This document shows positions 25,445 to 39,389 of a stretch of DNA of 64,000 nucleotides, in pieces. Every line of letters begins with the position of its first letter. Position 1 is the stretch's first letter. The translations under genes and the position numbers were made by a program. Source of the DNA: Chiloscyllium plagiosum. Taxonomy: Eukaryota. Where the stretch lies: contig NC_057720.1 of assembly GCF_004010195.1 (NCBI RefSeq), positions 22,928,567 to 22,992,566 of the forward strand. The letters are read 5' to 3'. A model generated the notes under the pieces. It saw only the letters and a program-made list of their open reading frames with translations. It was not told where the DNA came from and searched no databases.

Positions 25445-25680
25445 ACTTGTCTCTTGGTAGCATACTGCCTCTGAATCAGAAGGTCATGGATTCTTGGATG
25501 GGAATAGAGATTTGAGTATCAATGCAGTGTGGACACCCACCAGCTTTCATTCAAAATGTTAACTCAAGGCTCAGTCTGTCCTTCCACTATTTGAAAGAAA
25601 TGTTGGAGAAATTCCCTGATATTCTGACAATATTTACCTTTCAATTAATATCACTGAGATAATTTATCTGTTTTGTCGAT
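25445..25680 (+). mobile_element. Decayed Deu-domain (SacSINE1-like) SINE
   Basis: Head ggtagcatactgcctctgaatcagaaggtcatgg and body ...cactatttgaaaga...caatatttacc. Family assigned from memory of the consensus. Confidence 0.5.
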
Positions 25681-26379
25681 CGTGCTTTGCGCAGGTTGTT
25701 TGATGGAGGTCTCTATGTCACATGATTATCGTGATAGTGTGAAGCCTCTTTTTCATTCATTAGCATGCTCTGAATACTCATTAACATCTCAGCCCTCTGG
25801 AATTGTGGTAATCAGCACAATCTCATTAGGCTAAAGCGTTCACAAACCCAACTATATATACTATATATGTATGAGGTAAGCATCTGATGGCATAGACTTC
25901 TTCCTCTAAGCCATGGTTATTACAAACTTCTTCACTACCTTGAGCTCCTTCATAACCAAGCTATTTCTTTGTGCAAACATTTACAGTGAAACATGTGAAG
26001 TCTGACTGGGTCAAACCAGCTCCTGAGGAGTCCACACCATATGCAGTGATGCCTGTAGTTCTTAAGTGTTTACTGTACAAGGAGTGAAGCCTGACCAAGT
26101 CAACAAGCCTGCCTAAGTGAGGCAACCATACTGGCTAATGCCAGCAAATCTGACAATGTCAAACAGATAGGACTTAACTCAAAAGAAGTACAACTCAGAA
26201 GTAGGCTCAACATAAAAGGGAGCTTTACTCAAAAGGTTCTGAGAGGGTGGGACACATTGAAAGGAATGTGACTGAATGGAACTGAAAGCACATGGTTATC
26301 AAGGCTACTGAAAGTATCCTTGGAATGGAGGGAAGAAACTGATATATAGAGGAGAGAATCACAGTGACAGTGAAAAGGG

Positions 26380-28812
26380 GCACAAGGAATTGTGGGAGGT
26401 ATATATTTACCATGGGGAACACCTCAGGTAAAAGAAGAATGGGTTACCGTCGGAGATGGAAAGGGAACCGGCAGGCAGTGCAGGGATAATTTTGTCCAGT
26501 TTTTGTCCAATGTGTGCAGGAAGGTTTCCTGACACATTATGTGGACAGGCCAACAAGGGGTGAGGCCACATTAGATTTGGTACTGGTACCCGACCAGGTA
26601 TTTGATTTGGAGGTAGGTGAGCACTTTGGTGATAGTGACCACAATTTGGTTAGGTTTACTTTAGTGATGGAAAGGGATAGGAATATACCGTGGGGCAAGA
26701 CTTATAGATGGGGGAAAGGCAATTACGATGCGATTAGGCAAGATTTAGGATGCAAAGTATGTTGAAGGAAACTGCAGGGAATGGGCACATTTGAATTGTG
26801 GAGCTTATTCAAGGACCAGCTACTGTGTGTCCTTGACAAGTATATACTGGTCAGGCAGGGAGGAAGTTGTTGAGCACAGGAACCATGGTTTACTAAGGAA
26901 GAGGAAGGCTTATGTTAGGATGAGATATGATGGCTCAGTTAGGGTGCTTGAGAGTTACAAGTTAGCCAGGAAAGACTTAAGGAGAGAGCTAAGTAGAGCC
27001 AGGAGGGGACATGAGAAGTCTTTGGCAGATAGGATCAAGGGAAACCCTAAGGCTTTTTCTAGCTATATCAGGAATAAAAGAATACTTAGAGTAAGATTAG
27101 GGCCAATCAAGCATAGTAGTGGAAAGTTGTGCGTGGATTCAGAGGAGATAGTGGAAGTGCAAAATGAATATTTTTCGTCAGTATTCACACGAGAAAATGA
27201 CAATGTGGTTGAGGACAATACTGAGATACAATCTCCTAGACAAGTTGGGATTGAGGTGCATAAGGAGGAGGTGCTAGCAATTCTGGAAAGCGTAAAAATA
27301 GATAAGTCCCTTGGGCCGGATAAGATTTATCCTTGGATTCTCTCGGAAGCCAGGGAGGAGATTGCTGAGCATTTGGCTTTGATTTTTATGTTGTCATTGT
27401 CTATAAAATTGATGCCAAAGATTGGAGGATAGCAAATGTTGTTCCCTTGTTCAAGAAGGGGAGTAGAGACAAACTTCAAAATTATAGACCTGTGAGCCTT
27501 ACTTCGGTAAAGTGTTGGAAAGGGTTATAAGAGATAGGATTTATAATCATCTAGAAAGGAATTAGGGATAGTCAACATGGTTTTGTGAAGGGTAGGTCAT
27601 GCCTCACAAACCTTATTGAGTTCTTTGAGAAGGTGACCAAACAAGTAGATGAGGGTAAAGCCGTTGGTGTGGTGTATTTGGATTTCAGTAAGGCATTTGA
27701 TAAGGTTCTCTATGGTAGGCTATTGCACAAAATACAGAGGTATAGAATTGAAGGTGATTTAGTGGCTTGGATCAGAAATTGGCTAGTTGAAAGAAGACAA
27801 AGGGTGGTCTTTGATAGGCAATATTCATCCTGGAGTGAAATTACTAGTGGGGTACTGCAAGGATCTGTTTTGGGTCCACTGCTGTTTGTCATTTTTATAA
27901 ATGACCTGGATAAGGTGTAGAAGAATGTGTTAGTAAATTTGCGGATGACACTAAGGTCGGTAAAGTTGTGGATAGTGATCAAGTATGTTGTAGGTTAAAG
28001 AGAGATTTAGATAAGCTGCAGAACTGAGCTGAGAGGTGACAAATGGAGTTTAGTGAGGTGATTCACTTTGGTCGGAGTAACCAGAATGCAAAGTACTGGG
28101 CTAATGGTAAAATTCCTGGTAGTGTGGATGAGCAGAGAGATCTCAGTGTCCAGGTACATAGATCCTTGAAAGTTGCCACCCAGGTTGATAGGGTTGTTAA
28201 GAAGGCATACGGTGTGTTAGCTTTTATTGGTCGAGAGATTAAGTTTTAAAACCATGAGATTATGCTGCAGCTGTACAAAACTCTACTGTGGCCACGTTTG
28301 GATTATTGTATCCAGTTCTGTTCATTGCATTATAGGAAGGATGTGGAAGCTTTGGAAGGGGTTCAGAAGAGATTTACTCAGATGTTGCCTGGTATGGAGG
28401 GAAGGTGTTATGAGGGAAGGCTAAGGGACTCGAGGCTGTTTTCGTTAAAGAGAAGGTGACTGAATTGAGGCATATAAGATAATCAGAGGGTTTGATAGGT
28501 TGGACAGTGAGAGCCTTTTTCCTCGGATGGTGATAGTAAGCACGAGGGGACATAACTTTAAATTGAGGAATGATAGATACAGGACAGATGTCAGAGGTAG
28601 TTTCTTTATTTAGAGAGTAGTAGGGGCATGGAACACACTGCCTGCAACAGTAGTAGACTCACCAACTTTAAAGGCATTTAATGGTCATTGGATAGGCATC
28701 TAGATGAGAATGAAATAGTGTAGGTTAGATGGGCTTCAGATCGGTTCCACAGGTTGGCACAACATCGAGGGCCGAAGGGCCTGTACTGCGCTGTAATGTT
28801 CTATGTTCTATG
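26380..28812 (+). mobile_element. CR1/HER1 LINE, 5'-truncated, ORF2 pseudogenised
   Basis: ORF2 motifs PTRGEATLDLVL, GDSDHN, GRSCLTNLIEFFE, YLDFSKAFDKV, GVLQGSVLGPLLF, KFADDTK. Tail (gttctat)n at ~28798-28812. Many stops and frameshifts. Confidence 0.95.
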
Positions 28813-29849
28813 GTCTAACACAATTATGTAATTGGGCATACTGGAGATCGAGACCTAGTAAGTGAATTGCATAAAAGATAGCAAAAACTAAGGCTAAGCA
28901 GTTAGACCTGAATGCGAGTGGGATCAATAGTAACAGCAGAACATTTGAGGGAGAATCTAGAAGGGTTGATAGTCTCTAGGAAAGACTGAAGGAAGGGAAG
29001 CAGAGGAAAAGAGAAGGCTATCCACAGTCACTTAACAGGAGATTGTTTGTAGAGGGTGAGTAAATTAAATAAGAAATTAATTGTGCTGCAAAAGAAGGCC
29101 TTGCAGAGATTGTTTCGTACCTATAGTAGGTGTCTGAGATAGATTTGCATTTGTTCCCGCACAAGTGCAAACACAGACAACTGAGGGAACGGAAATAGAA
29201 ACTGAAAAAATGCTATTGCATGAGCACTCAGTTAATAACTTAGGGAAGCATTTGCTGAAGAATAATGGCAAATAACTGCCATCAACTCTTAAAACCATCA
29301 TTCTAACGTGTCCCATGATTCAACTAATACTGAAATGAAGGGCACATGAGACTCACCAATGAGGTCATTAATGCACATATAGGAATATTTGCTGCGTATT
29401 TACCAAATGGGCAAAGGACACGGTGATGCAACTTGCATAGGCCTTACATTTGAACAGTTGTCATGTGGTATTGCAAAGGATTATGAAGACTGCAGATGGT
29501 CATATTGAGGTAATTGCCACATGCAGGAAAAGCAATGTGAAGATCAATGCTTGGGAAACTTGGACATGACAGAATGAGAAAGGTGAGGACTAGTCATGGG
29601 TCATGGAGGATGCACTTCACCATGTAGAAGTGGCTGTCGGGCAGGCTTCCACTCAACACATGAACAACTTGGTAAGAGTCCACAAGGTGGATTGATGACA
29701 TAAAGATCTCAAATGAAAACAAATTCCTCACTCCTGATATTTCTTCACAGACTAATACTTCCATTGTCAGACGCTTGACCAACCTATTTCAGCATGTAAT
29801 AGAATGCAGAAGTTAAGAAAGAAGAGGGAGAGAAGAAGACAGGATGCAT

Positions 29850-30830
29850 TGCTGACAGAACTAGAGACAGACAGCTGCAGCTTTGGGCAAACACACCTGA
29901 ACAGGCGGTCAAGGGTGTTCAGCACCATTGAACAGCATTATCGAAAGAAGGCCTACTGAAGGTGTTACAGCTACCTGTAGATGAGAGAAAAGCCATGATG
30001 GAGATGTCTTTGCTGTCACCTATACCTGCCACTTGTTGCAGGCAGATCTGCAGCCACAGAGGCTGTGAGTCAGTGCTATCTCTGTGCTGCTGAAGATCAC
30101 AGATATATTGAACTTCATCGCTATAGACTTCACAAGGATGTGGCCTTTTCAAAACAATGTTATGGGAGTTCACCAGTGTCCTGTAAAGGAAAGTGACACA
30201 ATTTGTCCAGTTTACTATGGACCCAGGAAGCCAAGGTACCAGAGCTATCAGATTTTAAGCCATTGCTGAGTTTGCTCAGCTACAATTGGGCCATTGACTC
30301 CACATGCAGAGGTCCATAAGCATCATTCAGCCAAGTTCACTCTTGGGATTTGGCTCCTGCAATGTCTGGCTGATTTGTGACCATAGGCAAGAATTCCTGC
30401 AGTTGTGTGCCCGCATCCACTGGGCTGTCACAATGCTTACATTCTGCACAACATCAAGGTTCCTAAAATGTTTTCTCTGCCACATCATCCCCAGGTCTGG
30501 CTCATGGATGACAAAGTCTGCCCAAAAATGCATGGTTAATGACCTCAAACACTAACCCTCAGATTGATGCTGACCAAAGCTACAGTGGTGTCCATGCATA
30601 ATGTGGGCCAGTGAGGCCCTCACAGAACAGACAAATGGTCAAATCCACCTCTATGACAGGGCGAGAACATGGATGAGGGGAGATGAACTGACCACCTGTC
30701 TTCTCAGATGAGGAAGAAGGACAGTCTGACAGAGATGCTGAAGGAGCAAACACTGATGATGAGGATACTGAAGAAGCCAGAGCAGAACTGATGAAGATGG
30801 GCTAGCTTGAACCTTATAGCATGGAAAAAT
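29850..30830 (+). mobile_element. PIF/Harbinger transposase remnant
   Basis: Degenerate DDE-region motifs in order: AIDST, NVWLICDHRQEFLQLCAR, CHNAYIL, LMDDK, WLMT, followed by an acidic tail. Confidence 0.65.
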
Positions 30831-31215
30831 GTGAACAATCAGAACTATTAGCTAATTATGGTACAAAGGCACTTTTGCACTAATGGGAGTGCTTGCTTTA
30901 GCCTTTTAATACTTGAATTGTTTTGTTTGCTTTTACTTGAAAATTAATTTATTTCCTTGGCACCAATAACTTGCTATTCAGTTCCCTGGCCAGATCATCA
31001 GCATGGAATTATCCATGATTATGTAGGGCTGTATTTATATAACTCCAACCTAAGTTTGCAAGAGGAATTCATCTATTACTGAGATGTAGAGTGGCTAAAC
31101 CAGGATGATTGATTCCCAAAACCCAAGCATCTAACTTAAGCTCAACCACGAAATTGGTGTTGGAGGGAGTGAAGATTAAGTGTTTTAGATGTGGTGCCAA
31201 TCAAATAGGTTTCTC

Positions 31216-31557
31216 GAATCATAGAATCCCTACAGTGTAGGAACAAGCCCTTCAGCCCAACAAGTCCACACTGACCCTATGAAGGATATCCCACCCAAAC
31301 TCATTCCTCTACATTCACCCTGACTAACGCACCTAACTTACATATCCCTGAAGACTATGGGCAATTTAGAATGGCTAATTCACCTAACCTGCACATGTTT
31401 AGATTGTGGGAGGAAATCAGAGTACCTGGAGGAAACCCACACAGACATGGGCAGAATGTGCAAACTCCACAGAGACAGTCACCCCAAGCTGGAATCGAAC
31501 CCAGGCCTCTGGCACTGAGGTGCACCGGTGTTAACCACTGAGCCACCATGCCGCCCC
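31216..31557 (-). mobile_element. HE1-like SINE, full length
   Basis: Head GGGGCGGCATGGTGGCTCAGTGGTTAAC...GGTTCGATTCC, V-domain and tail. Confidence 0.9.
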
Positions 31558-31559
31558 AG

Positions 31560-31830
31560 TTGCTTCATCCAAGATGGTGTCAAGCAGCATGAGTGTTTTG
31601 TTAATTGCATACACTAAACAGGTGGAGAGTATTCCATCACACTCCCAATTTGTGCCTTGTAGATGGTGGGCAAGCTTTGTCACATCAGGAGGTGAGTTGC
31701 CTGCAACTGAATATTGTGTAATCATTCCCACTTCTGATGCTATACTGGAGAGAGGGTTATTGATGAAGCAGCTGAAGATGGTTGGCGCAAGGATGTTACT
31801 CTAAGGAACTTCTGGAGTAGAAATGATGAC
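31560..31830 (-). mobile_element. Decayed LINE (CR1/L2-group) fragment
   Basis: ggagagtattccatcacactccc...gccttgtagatggtgg...caggaggtgagtt, recalled as a LINE related to 44175-44490. Not aligned. Confidence 0.45.
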
Positions 31831-32007
31831 CACCAACCAGTGGACAGTTTTCTCTGCACTTGAGGTAGAGATATCTGGTGATCTCCAGTTCTACGCAACC
31901 TTGCAATGTCAACACGCATTGATGACAGTGGTACTAGCCCTGGCAGACCGCAGCAGATTGTTCATCCTCTTACAGTCCTGGAGACAGGTTTCCTTGTATC
32001 ACTTGTA

Positions 32008-32165
32008 GGGGCTGACCTCCACGTTGACCTCTGTCCTGACTGCCTTTGTCATTAAGGCTGGCCTTCTTTTGCCAAAGTTAAAACAAAGAACTTTCCTTTT
32101 CTCCTGAAGACTCTTCAAGAGAATTGCTACAGCAGCATCACTAAATATGGTCTTGCTCTTTGCCC
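32008..32165 (-). pseudogene. Myb/SANT-like DNA-binding domain remnant (probable Harbinger second ORF)
   Basis: Minus frame IFSDAAVAILLKSLQEKRKVLCFNFGKRRPALMTKAVRTEVNVEVS fits the FSxxxxxxLLxxxxxxxxVL pattern. Convergent with the transposase remnant. Confidence 0.5.
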
Positions 32166-32441
32166 ATTCTTTGATAGCTCCAATGGTTGGTTAAGGAGAA
32201 ATGGTGAGCAGAATTTGACTGATGCTCCTGCATTGCTGAGAATGTAGAGCTCCCCAGTGCCTTTTGAAAACAGTGCCTAGAAATTGGAATCTGGAATCTC
32301 CTGGTGGGGGACAGAATTTCCTCTCCACCTGCCTATGTACTTTGGCATTTTACCCATGCATAAACAATAAATATATGATGCATAATTGTGCAAGAAAATC
32401 TCCTGAGCTTATAAGTGGCACTACTTTAGTGTAAATTCTTT

Positions 32442-32527
32442 CTGAAGAAGGGCTTATGCCCGAAACGTCGATTCTCCTTCTCCTTTGATGCTGCCTGACC
32501 TGCTGCGCTTTTCCAGCAACACATTTT
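32442..32527 (+). mobile_element. Minimal PLE-type insertion with intact hammerhead core
   Basis: CTGAAGA-A-GGGC-TTAT-GCCC-GAAAC-GTC at 32442-32469. 12-bp TSD taaattctttct at 32432-32443 and 32528-32539. Confidence 0.85.
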
Positions 32528-33358
32528 TAAATTCTTTCTTTCCATAATACACAGCATGGCTACTCTGAAATGAATCAGAATAGTGTATTAATTTCTGCAT
32601 GTTCAAAACCTCAGAAAAGCTCATTTTACATGATCCAATGCATGCAATGGAACATGATCATTTAGATTTATTTAGAGGCTAACATTGGTTTTCAGATGAA
32701 ATGGACTTCAAGCACTGAAACGTTTTCTGCAATTTCTTTTAATTAAAGCTTTAAAATTGCAGAAATGAATTGTTTCTACCTTCTGAGTGCTCACTGCTGT
32801 ATCCAATTCTCCTGTGAATTAAATAAGCAATTGGGCACAGAGGTAAAGAAAGCACGTTGCATACTAATTTCAGTATCATTAAAATTCTTGTACGTTGCCT
32901 TAAATTGAATGCTTGGACACAAACTGCTTCAAAAAAGCTTTTTAAGTGAATATAATAGGAGCCTACCTCTTGACATCATAGTTTGCAGGAGTCAAGTTAT
33001 AATGGTGAAGTGAATTTTGTAGTTCTCCTTTCCTGATGATTCTTTCTGTGAAAAATGGCCAGAAGGACTGTCAGTGAGAACTCATTAAAATTATCTCATA
33101 TTTAAATATTATACTGTATTTGAACAAGAATGTAACGTACAGGCATGGTTACAGTATTCACTTGAAATCCTCTAGTTTACGTATGTGTGTAGGAACAGGA
33201 GGGAACCATGTAGATTCTCAAGTCTGTTCCTCAATTCAATGAGATCATAGCTGATTTGTATTTTGACTCATCATTTGTCCTTGTTTTTTTTTGCTTTTAA
33301 TACAGCACCTGACAGAAAAAAAGTAAAAGGGTAAGAATTCTGTAATACTAATAATGAC

Positions 33359-33807
33359 TGAATGTAGGTTTTCTCACTGAGCTGGAAAGTTCATTTTCAG
33401 ACATTTCGTCACCATACTAGATAACATCATTAACGAGCCTCTCGGTGAAGCACTGGTGGTATGGCCTGCTTTCTATTTATATGTTTGAGTTTCCTTGGGT
33501 TGGTGATGTCATTTCCTGTGTTGACATCATTTCCAGTGGTTATGTCATTTTTCTGTTCTTTTTCACAGGGGGTGGGATCCAAGTCAATGTGTTTGTTGAT
33601 AGGGTTCTGGTTGGAATACCATGCTTCTAGCAATTCTCATGTGTGTCTCTGTTTAGCTTGTCCTAAGATGGATGTGTTGTCCCAGTCAAAGTGGTATCCT
33701 TCCTTATCTGTATGTAATGATACTAGTGAGAGTGGGTCATGTCTTTTTGTGGCTAGTTGATGCTCATGTATCCTGGTGGCTAGTTTTCTGCCTGTGTCCA
33801 ATGTAGT
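33359..33807 (-). mobile_element. Penelope-like 3' fragment (GIY-YIG C-terminus plus pLTR)
   Basis: LEAWYSNQNPINKHIDLDP; homologous by eye to 56290-56725. Confidence 0.9.
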
Positions 33808-33824
33808 TAGATACTATATTGTCC

Positions 33825-34160
33825 TACAAGTCCTAATCCACAGACTTGAGAACAAAATCTAGCTTTGCATTCCAATGTGTTACTGAGAGTGTACTTCACT
33901 ATTGCAATTGCTTTCTTTTGGTTGAAATATTACAGTTTTTCAGTTGATGAAACTGTTCCATGGTTCTATATTGAAGACTTGCTGAGTAATTATCCCTGGC
34001 ATTATGTCCATCCAACAAGATAACTTCAAAAGCAGACACTTTGGTCATAATTGCTACAGAATTTCTGAAGTTACAACATTAAACTGAGAAATACTTCCTT
34101 GTCTGTAATACTCTTCAAAATGACCTAAATTGATGTTATATAAATGGAAGTGTTTCTTTG
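33825..34160 (+). mobile_element. Decayed Deu-type SINE
   Basis: caagtcctaatccacagacttgagaacaaaatctag...gttactgagagtgtacttcact. Confidence 0.45.
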
Positions 34161-34947
34161 TTTGATTTTGTTTACTCATCTTAGACTGAAGTTTATTTCT
34201 TCCAATTGAGAAGAACTAATGGGGCAATGGTATCTTGGCAAAAATGTTAGAAATTGAAAGAAGCAGTGGGGAACTACTGAAATGTTAAAAAATGTTTAAG
34301 CTCAATACAAGCCTTACACCATTGGCTGTTATGGTTTTAATCATTGCTACCTTGCGCAGTTCAGTTCTGTTACTGGTTTACATCAGCAGATTTGCACATT
34401 GGTATACTGACAATCTCACTTAAGTCCTTAGTGAAACAGGGAGCTTATTCTTTGCATAGCTAAGTCTTTCTTTGATATCTGGTCTGCTAAATTAGCCAGA
34501 GGGAAAGTTAGGCTTCTGCCTCTGGATGCTATCGAAAATCTTTATTGTAAAATTGCATGTTTGTGTTTAGTGGGTATTGGATAAATCGTATTGTCATAGC
34601 CTGCCAGCATTTACAGGAAAGACTCACCCACGAGTAATAGGTACTTGGGTGAGATATTGTAGGACTAAAGGCACCCCCAGAATAATTCTGCAGTAAAGGT
34701 TGAGTGGATTCAAAAGAATAATGTGCAGCGTATTCACCTACATATTTGGATGGGGACTGCAATTTTCAGTTGAGCAAAGACAATGTGGTGATGATATCAA
34801 TAGTGACAAGCAAAAACTTTCTGTGCAAATAGGTAGTCAGTGTTTATAGAGAAAAGACAGGGAAGATGGCTCAAGAAAACTTTTGGCATAAATGGATAAT
34901 TTTGGAAGGATCAAGGAAGCATTTACGAGATGCAAGTATGATTGGGA

Positions 34948-35290
34948 AGGAGATGGCCTTGTGGTATTATTACTAGACTCTTAATCTAGATAGCATTCTA
35001 GGGATCTGGGTTCAAATCCTGCCACAGTAGATGGTAGAATTTAAATTCAATAAATATCTGGAATTACAAATCTAATGATGACCATGAATCCATTGTTGAT
35101 TGTCAGAAAAATCCATCTGGACTAATGCCCTTTAGGGAAGGAAACTGCCATTGTTACCTGGTGTGGCCTGTGTGTAACTCCAGACCCACAGCAATATAGT
35201 TGACTCTTAACTGCCCTCTGGGCAATTAGGAATGAACATAAATGCTGCCTAGCCAGTGATGGCCTCATTTCCATGAATTAATAAAAAAAA
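34948..35290 (+). mobile_element. tRNA-derived SINE, second family, full length
   Basis: B-box-like gggttcaaatcc, body agggaaggaaactgcc...ctccagacccacagcaat and an A-rich tail. The body recurs at 37835 and 47440. Confidence 0.8.
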
Positions 35291-36679
35291 CTGATTTCTA
35301 TACAATCTAAGCAATATCAAGTTAACTTTGGGTATCTCATGTGTCCCCATTTTAACAATGCAAAACTCAACTTCAGCCTCTCAAGTTAGCAAAGATAATT
35401 GAAATGTTTTGGCTGCAATGCTATGATAGACTTTGATTTGGTCAAGCTAACTGAAGAAAGCATTCTTTTGCATTATGGACGAGAATATATCGGCTTTGGA
35501 AATTACATGGAATAGAAACAGCTTATTTGCCTAACTGATATATCAGTATTCATATGCAATATCAGCGTCACCTAATTCAGGTCATTGCTTTTCATACTGC
35601 CTGCTATATACCTGTACTCTTTTTTTCTAATCTGTCCATCAGGCTGTCTTTGTGAAAATGAGTTTTGCATTGTCATTACTTTCTTTTTCAAGATTACTCA
35701 CAGGTGCTTTGTTCAATCTATTAACAGTTGTTTTATACTTAATCCCCTTTTGCAGATTCGCTCACAAATTCAAACAATTTCTTCATCGTCATTCTTCTGA
35801 ACACTTCTTCATTTTCAGGAAAGCAGCAGTCTCGATTTGCAAATGTAACTGTGCACCATGCTATTGCACCAAGGCTTTATGATTTATCATTGTATTTTAT
35901 ATTGTATTACATATTTTAATATTATCTCATTGCTTTTGTATTCTAGTCCTTCAGAAACAAATTTGAGTACTTTGTTGCTGTTCTTTGATGGCTTTATCAA
36001 TTTGCGATTTAGTTTTTAGTGATTTATGTAGCTGTACTGCTAAATCTCATAAACTGTATTTAATATCTTGCCTTCCAGGAAATAGATAATCTATTCCTCC
36101 AAACAGAGTGAACCTTCCTCTTCTTAGGCTATTTCTTGGGATCAAGAATGACTTGTTTCCATTCTAGTTGGATGAGTCTTGAGATAGCTGATAAGTCCAA
36201 TAGGTGATCTACAGACTCTGATACTTTTTGATGGCCCCCTGGGAATCCAAGTAGAATGAAATCGCTGTATTCCCTATGTTCCCGTTTCCTGTTATTTCTT
36301 CAAAGAATTAATTGAGGCTGCTTAAACATTAGTCTTCTGTTAGAAATTCATGCTGACATTCCTATTTTAATACACCTATTATATCCACCTGGTTACTTTG
36401 TTCTTTGACCTTTCAACAAAAAAATCTTATTTATCACAATTACTAATTCCCTTGGATGTAGACTGAACAATAAGATCTTGATGAAGTGATCCATCATTGG
36501 AAAAGGGGTCTGGCAGGTGTCCTGTTGAATGTCACCACCTTGCCCTTGCTGCTGATTTCTCTCCTTCCATACACATAGCCCCCAAACCAAGAACGCCCAT
36601 CAGTCCTGCCATCAATCACCTGGCCTTCTGTCGATGTGAGGCCGTGTGTCAGTGTTGTATCAGGAGCAACCCATCTTCT

Positions 36680-38720
36680 TCCTTCCTTTTTCAGCAATCC
36701 TTAGGGATTGAGGATGACATTCTTCTATTCTGGCACTGTGGGACTAAATAGTCCAATACCTGATTCATACACCCTGTCACAGGTGATATTTACTGAAACA
36801 GGTTTGTGGGAGGCTTCTGTTTCTACATATTCCTTACTTTGTACTTGGTATTCATCTTAGCCAGTTGGAGATGCTCAACATATTCAAAACTGTTCCTCTT
36901 CTCCAACCTGGGTTTGGGCTAAAAGGTCCATTGACTTGGTGGGGATTAATGCATTTTCTCAGATGCTTTGAAGTCACCTTTGAAGTATTTACTGTCCCAT
37001 TCTCGTAAATGCTTACCATGACAAATCTCCGAGCAGAGAGCTTGTTTTGAAAGTCTTGTGTTAGGCTGTGGTCCATCCAACATGGCTGATTGACCATAAC
37101 CAGTGCCTTGGTACTGGTGATGTTGACCTGAGTGAGAGCACTGTTATTGGAGCAGTTATCTTGCCAGCAGATTTGTAGAATTTCGCAGAGGCATCTCCAG
37201 TGATATTTGCTAGGGTATTTGTTCCATATTGTCCATGCTTCTGATGCATACAAGGGGACTGGTTACACTGATATTCTGTAGACCATGAGCTTGGTGTTGG
37301 GCTTGAGGTCTGTGTCATGAAATGCTCTGTCCTTCAGATGGCCAAAGAGCATGCTGACACACTGGAGACAGAATTGAATTACATTGTCAATATCTTCTCT
37401 CAATGGAAGGAGGCTCTCAAGGAATGGCAATTGATTCACTTTGTCCAGTGGTTTGCCATGGTTTTTAATAATTGGAGGGTAGTATTGTGCAGTGCAAGCA
37501 GGCTGGCAGATGTCCTTTGTCATCCAGACATTTCTCTCTAAACTCACTCTCTCATTCCCTTTGTGAATACATAAGCAACCCACTAATGCATCGACGACAG
37601 AGGTTGAGGTGGCCTTTGTTCTGGTTTGGAAGCAATGAAGACTGAACAGTTTCCTACTTGTTCATTAGGGATTACAGTAAGGAGTTTCATTAATACAGTT
37701 GGAGTGTTGTAGTAAAAGGATGGAGTAAGAGTGTTGGTAGATTTACACAGGCTTGCTTGACCCCAGTGTGCACGGGTATCAGGTCTGCAGTGGATTCATT
37801 GGTGATGTTTATAATATGTACACACTTGGTATAATGAAAAACCCATCTAGCTCACCGATGTTCATTTCAGGGAAGGAAATCTGCCATCCTTACCAGGTCT
37901 GGCCGAGATGTGACTCCAGACCCACAGCAATGTTGACTCTTAACTCTCTTCTGGGAAATTAGGGATGGACAATAAATACTAGTGTAGCCAGCAATGTCCT
38001 CATTCCATGAATGAATAAAATAAGCAAATTTTTGATTTTGGATGGATTTCTGCAAAGAACTAAAATTGAGGTGAATACTTCATGTTCCCTCCTAGTTTAC
38101 AGAATCAAAGCCTGTTGTGAGGTCAAAAATGGCCACGTGCAGAGATTACTGCTCCTCTCGGCACCTTTTTTTGGTTTTGGTTTTCTGTGAAGTACTCTGT
38201 ACCCCTTGCAGGAGTGAATCCACATAGTGAATCAATATGAGCTCTGGAGCCACTGGGAGGAGACAATTAAGGAGAATGACCTTCCCTGTGACAGGTAGCT
38301 GGGATACCTCAATGTAGATACTGAAATTGGTCTTATCTCCTTTCTTCAGGATGATCACAATAACAACCTCTCAGAGATCCTTGGTACGCTTGTCTTCTTC
38401 CAGATGAGGAAGCTGAGAATCATGTGTTTAAGCCAACAGTGCTTCTCCAGTGTATTTCAATAGATGTTCCATCTTTGTTAGCAGCTTTGGTACTCAGCTA
38501 TTGGATGGTAATTTCAAACTTATATTGGGTTGTGGGTATGCTGAGATGGTGATGGTTAAAATGCTGTGGGATGGAGCTGGACTAATTTGCTTTCACTGGG
38601 GTTTTGGAACCTCATCTGTGACAAGGTTCTGTTGCCTTCGATTGTTCAAGATTTTATTTGTATTTGTATTTGTTGCATATCACACCAGATATGAATACTG
38701 TTTCTTCTCAGCAAATAGTG
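36680..38720 (-). mobile_element. RTE-clade LINE remnant
   Basis: ILKKGDKTNFS...GKV, TKLMVYR and YASEAWT motifs. Interrupted by a SINE fragment. Confidence 0.75.
37835..38020 (+). mobile_element. SINE 3' half (family of 34948-35290)
   Basis: cagggaaggaaatctgccatcc...gactccagacccacagcaatg...ccatgaatgaataaaa. Confidence 0.8.
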
Positions 38721-39389
38721 TATTAAACCTTCTGTAGTCAACAATTTTGTAGAATATTCTGTATTAAATTGAACTTTTGCTGAAGGATGCTTCATGAACA
38801 GTTTTCTAGGCTCTGTATCAATTGCTAATTGAATTGCTTATTCTAGAGCTTTATCTTCCTTTGATTTAAGATGTTCAGTGAATGATTTATGTGAACTCAC
38901 GAACAATTCTATTGCATATGAGATCTTGTTTTAAGTTTCTATAGTTGCATGGTTAATACAGAACACAGATTAATGAAGCTATCCATAGACTCTCCTGGAA
39001 ATTGGTATTTGCTATTGATGCATGATCTCACCAGTGTCTTATTTGTTCTTGCTGTGAAATATTGATCAAATACTGTTAGGAAGTTGTCAAACCAAATTTG
39101 TTTCTTGTTTTTCTGTTATCTATATAATACATGGCCTGGTGTTCTTCCCATGTAGTTGAGTAGTGTGCTTATCTGTTCTATAAAAAATGTGGTGTACGTT
39201 GATATGCCTCTGTTGATTAAAATTGTTGTTAAATCTTTGCTATTGTAAAGATTGTTAGTATTGTATTAAAAGTGAAAGCTGTTAAAGGTTTTCTGCTCTA
39301 AAAGCTGTTTTCAATGAAAGATTTGGTTTTTCCTATGATCCTAGAAATCTTTCGAATTCTACTACATATTAATACTAACTCCTACCATA

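Noticed and set aside
31480..31557. tRNA gene
   Set aside because: A/B-box-like sequence is a SINE head continuous with the V-domain; the same applies to the other copies.
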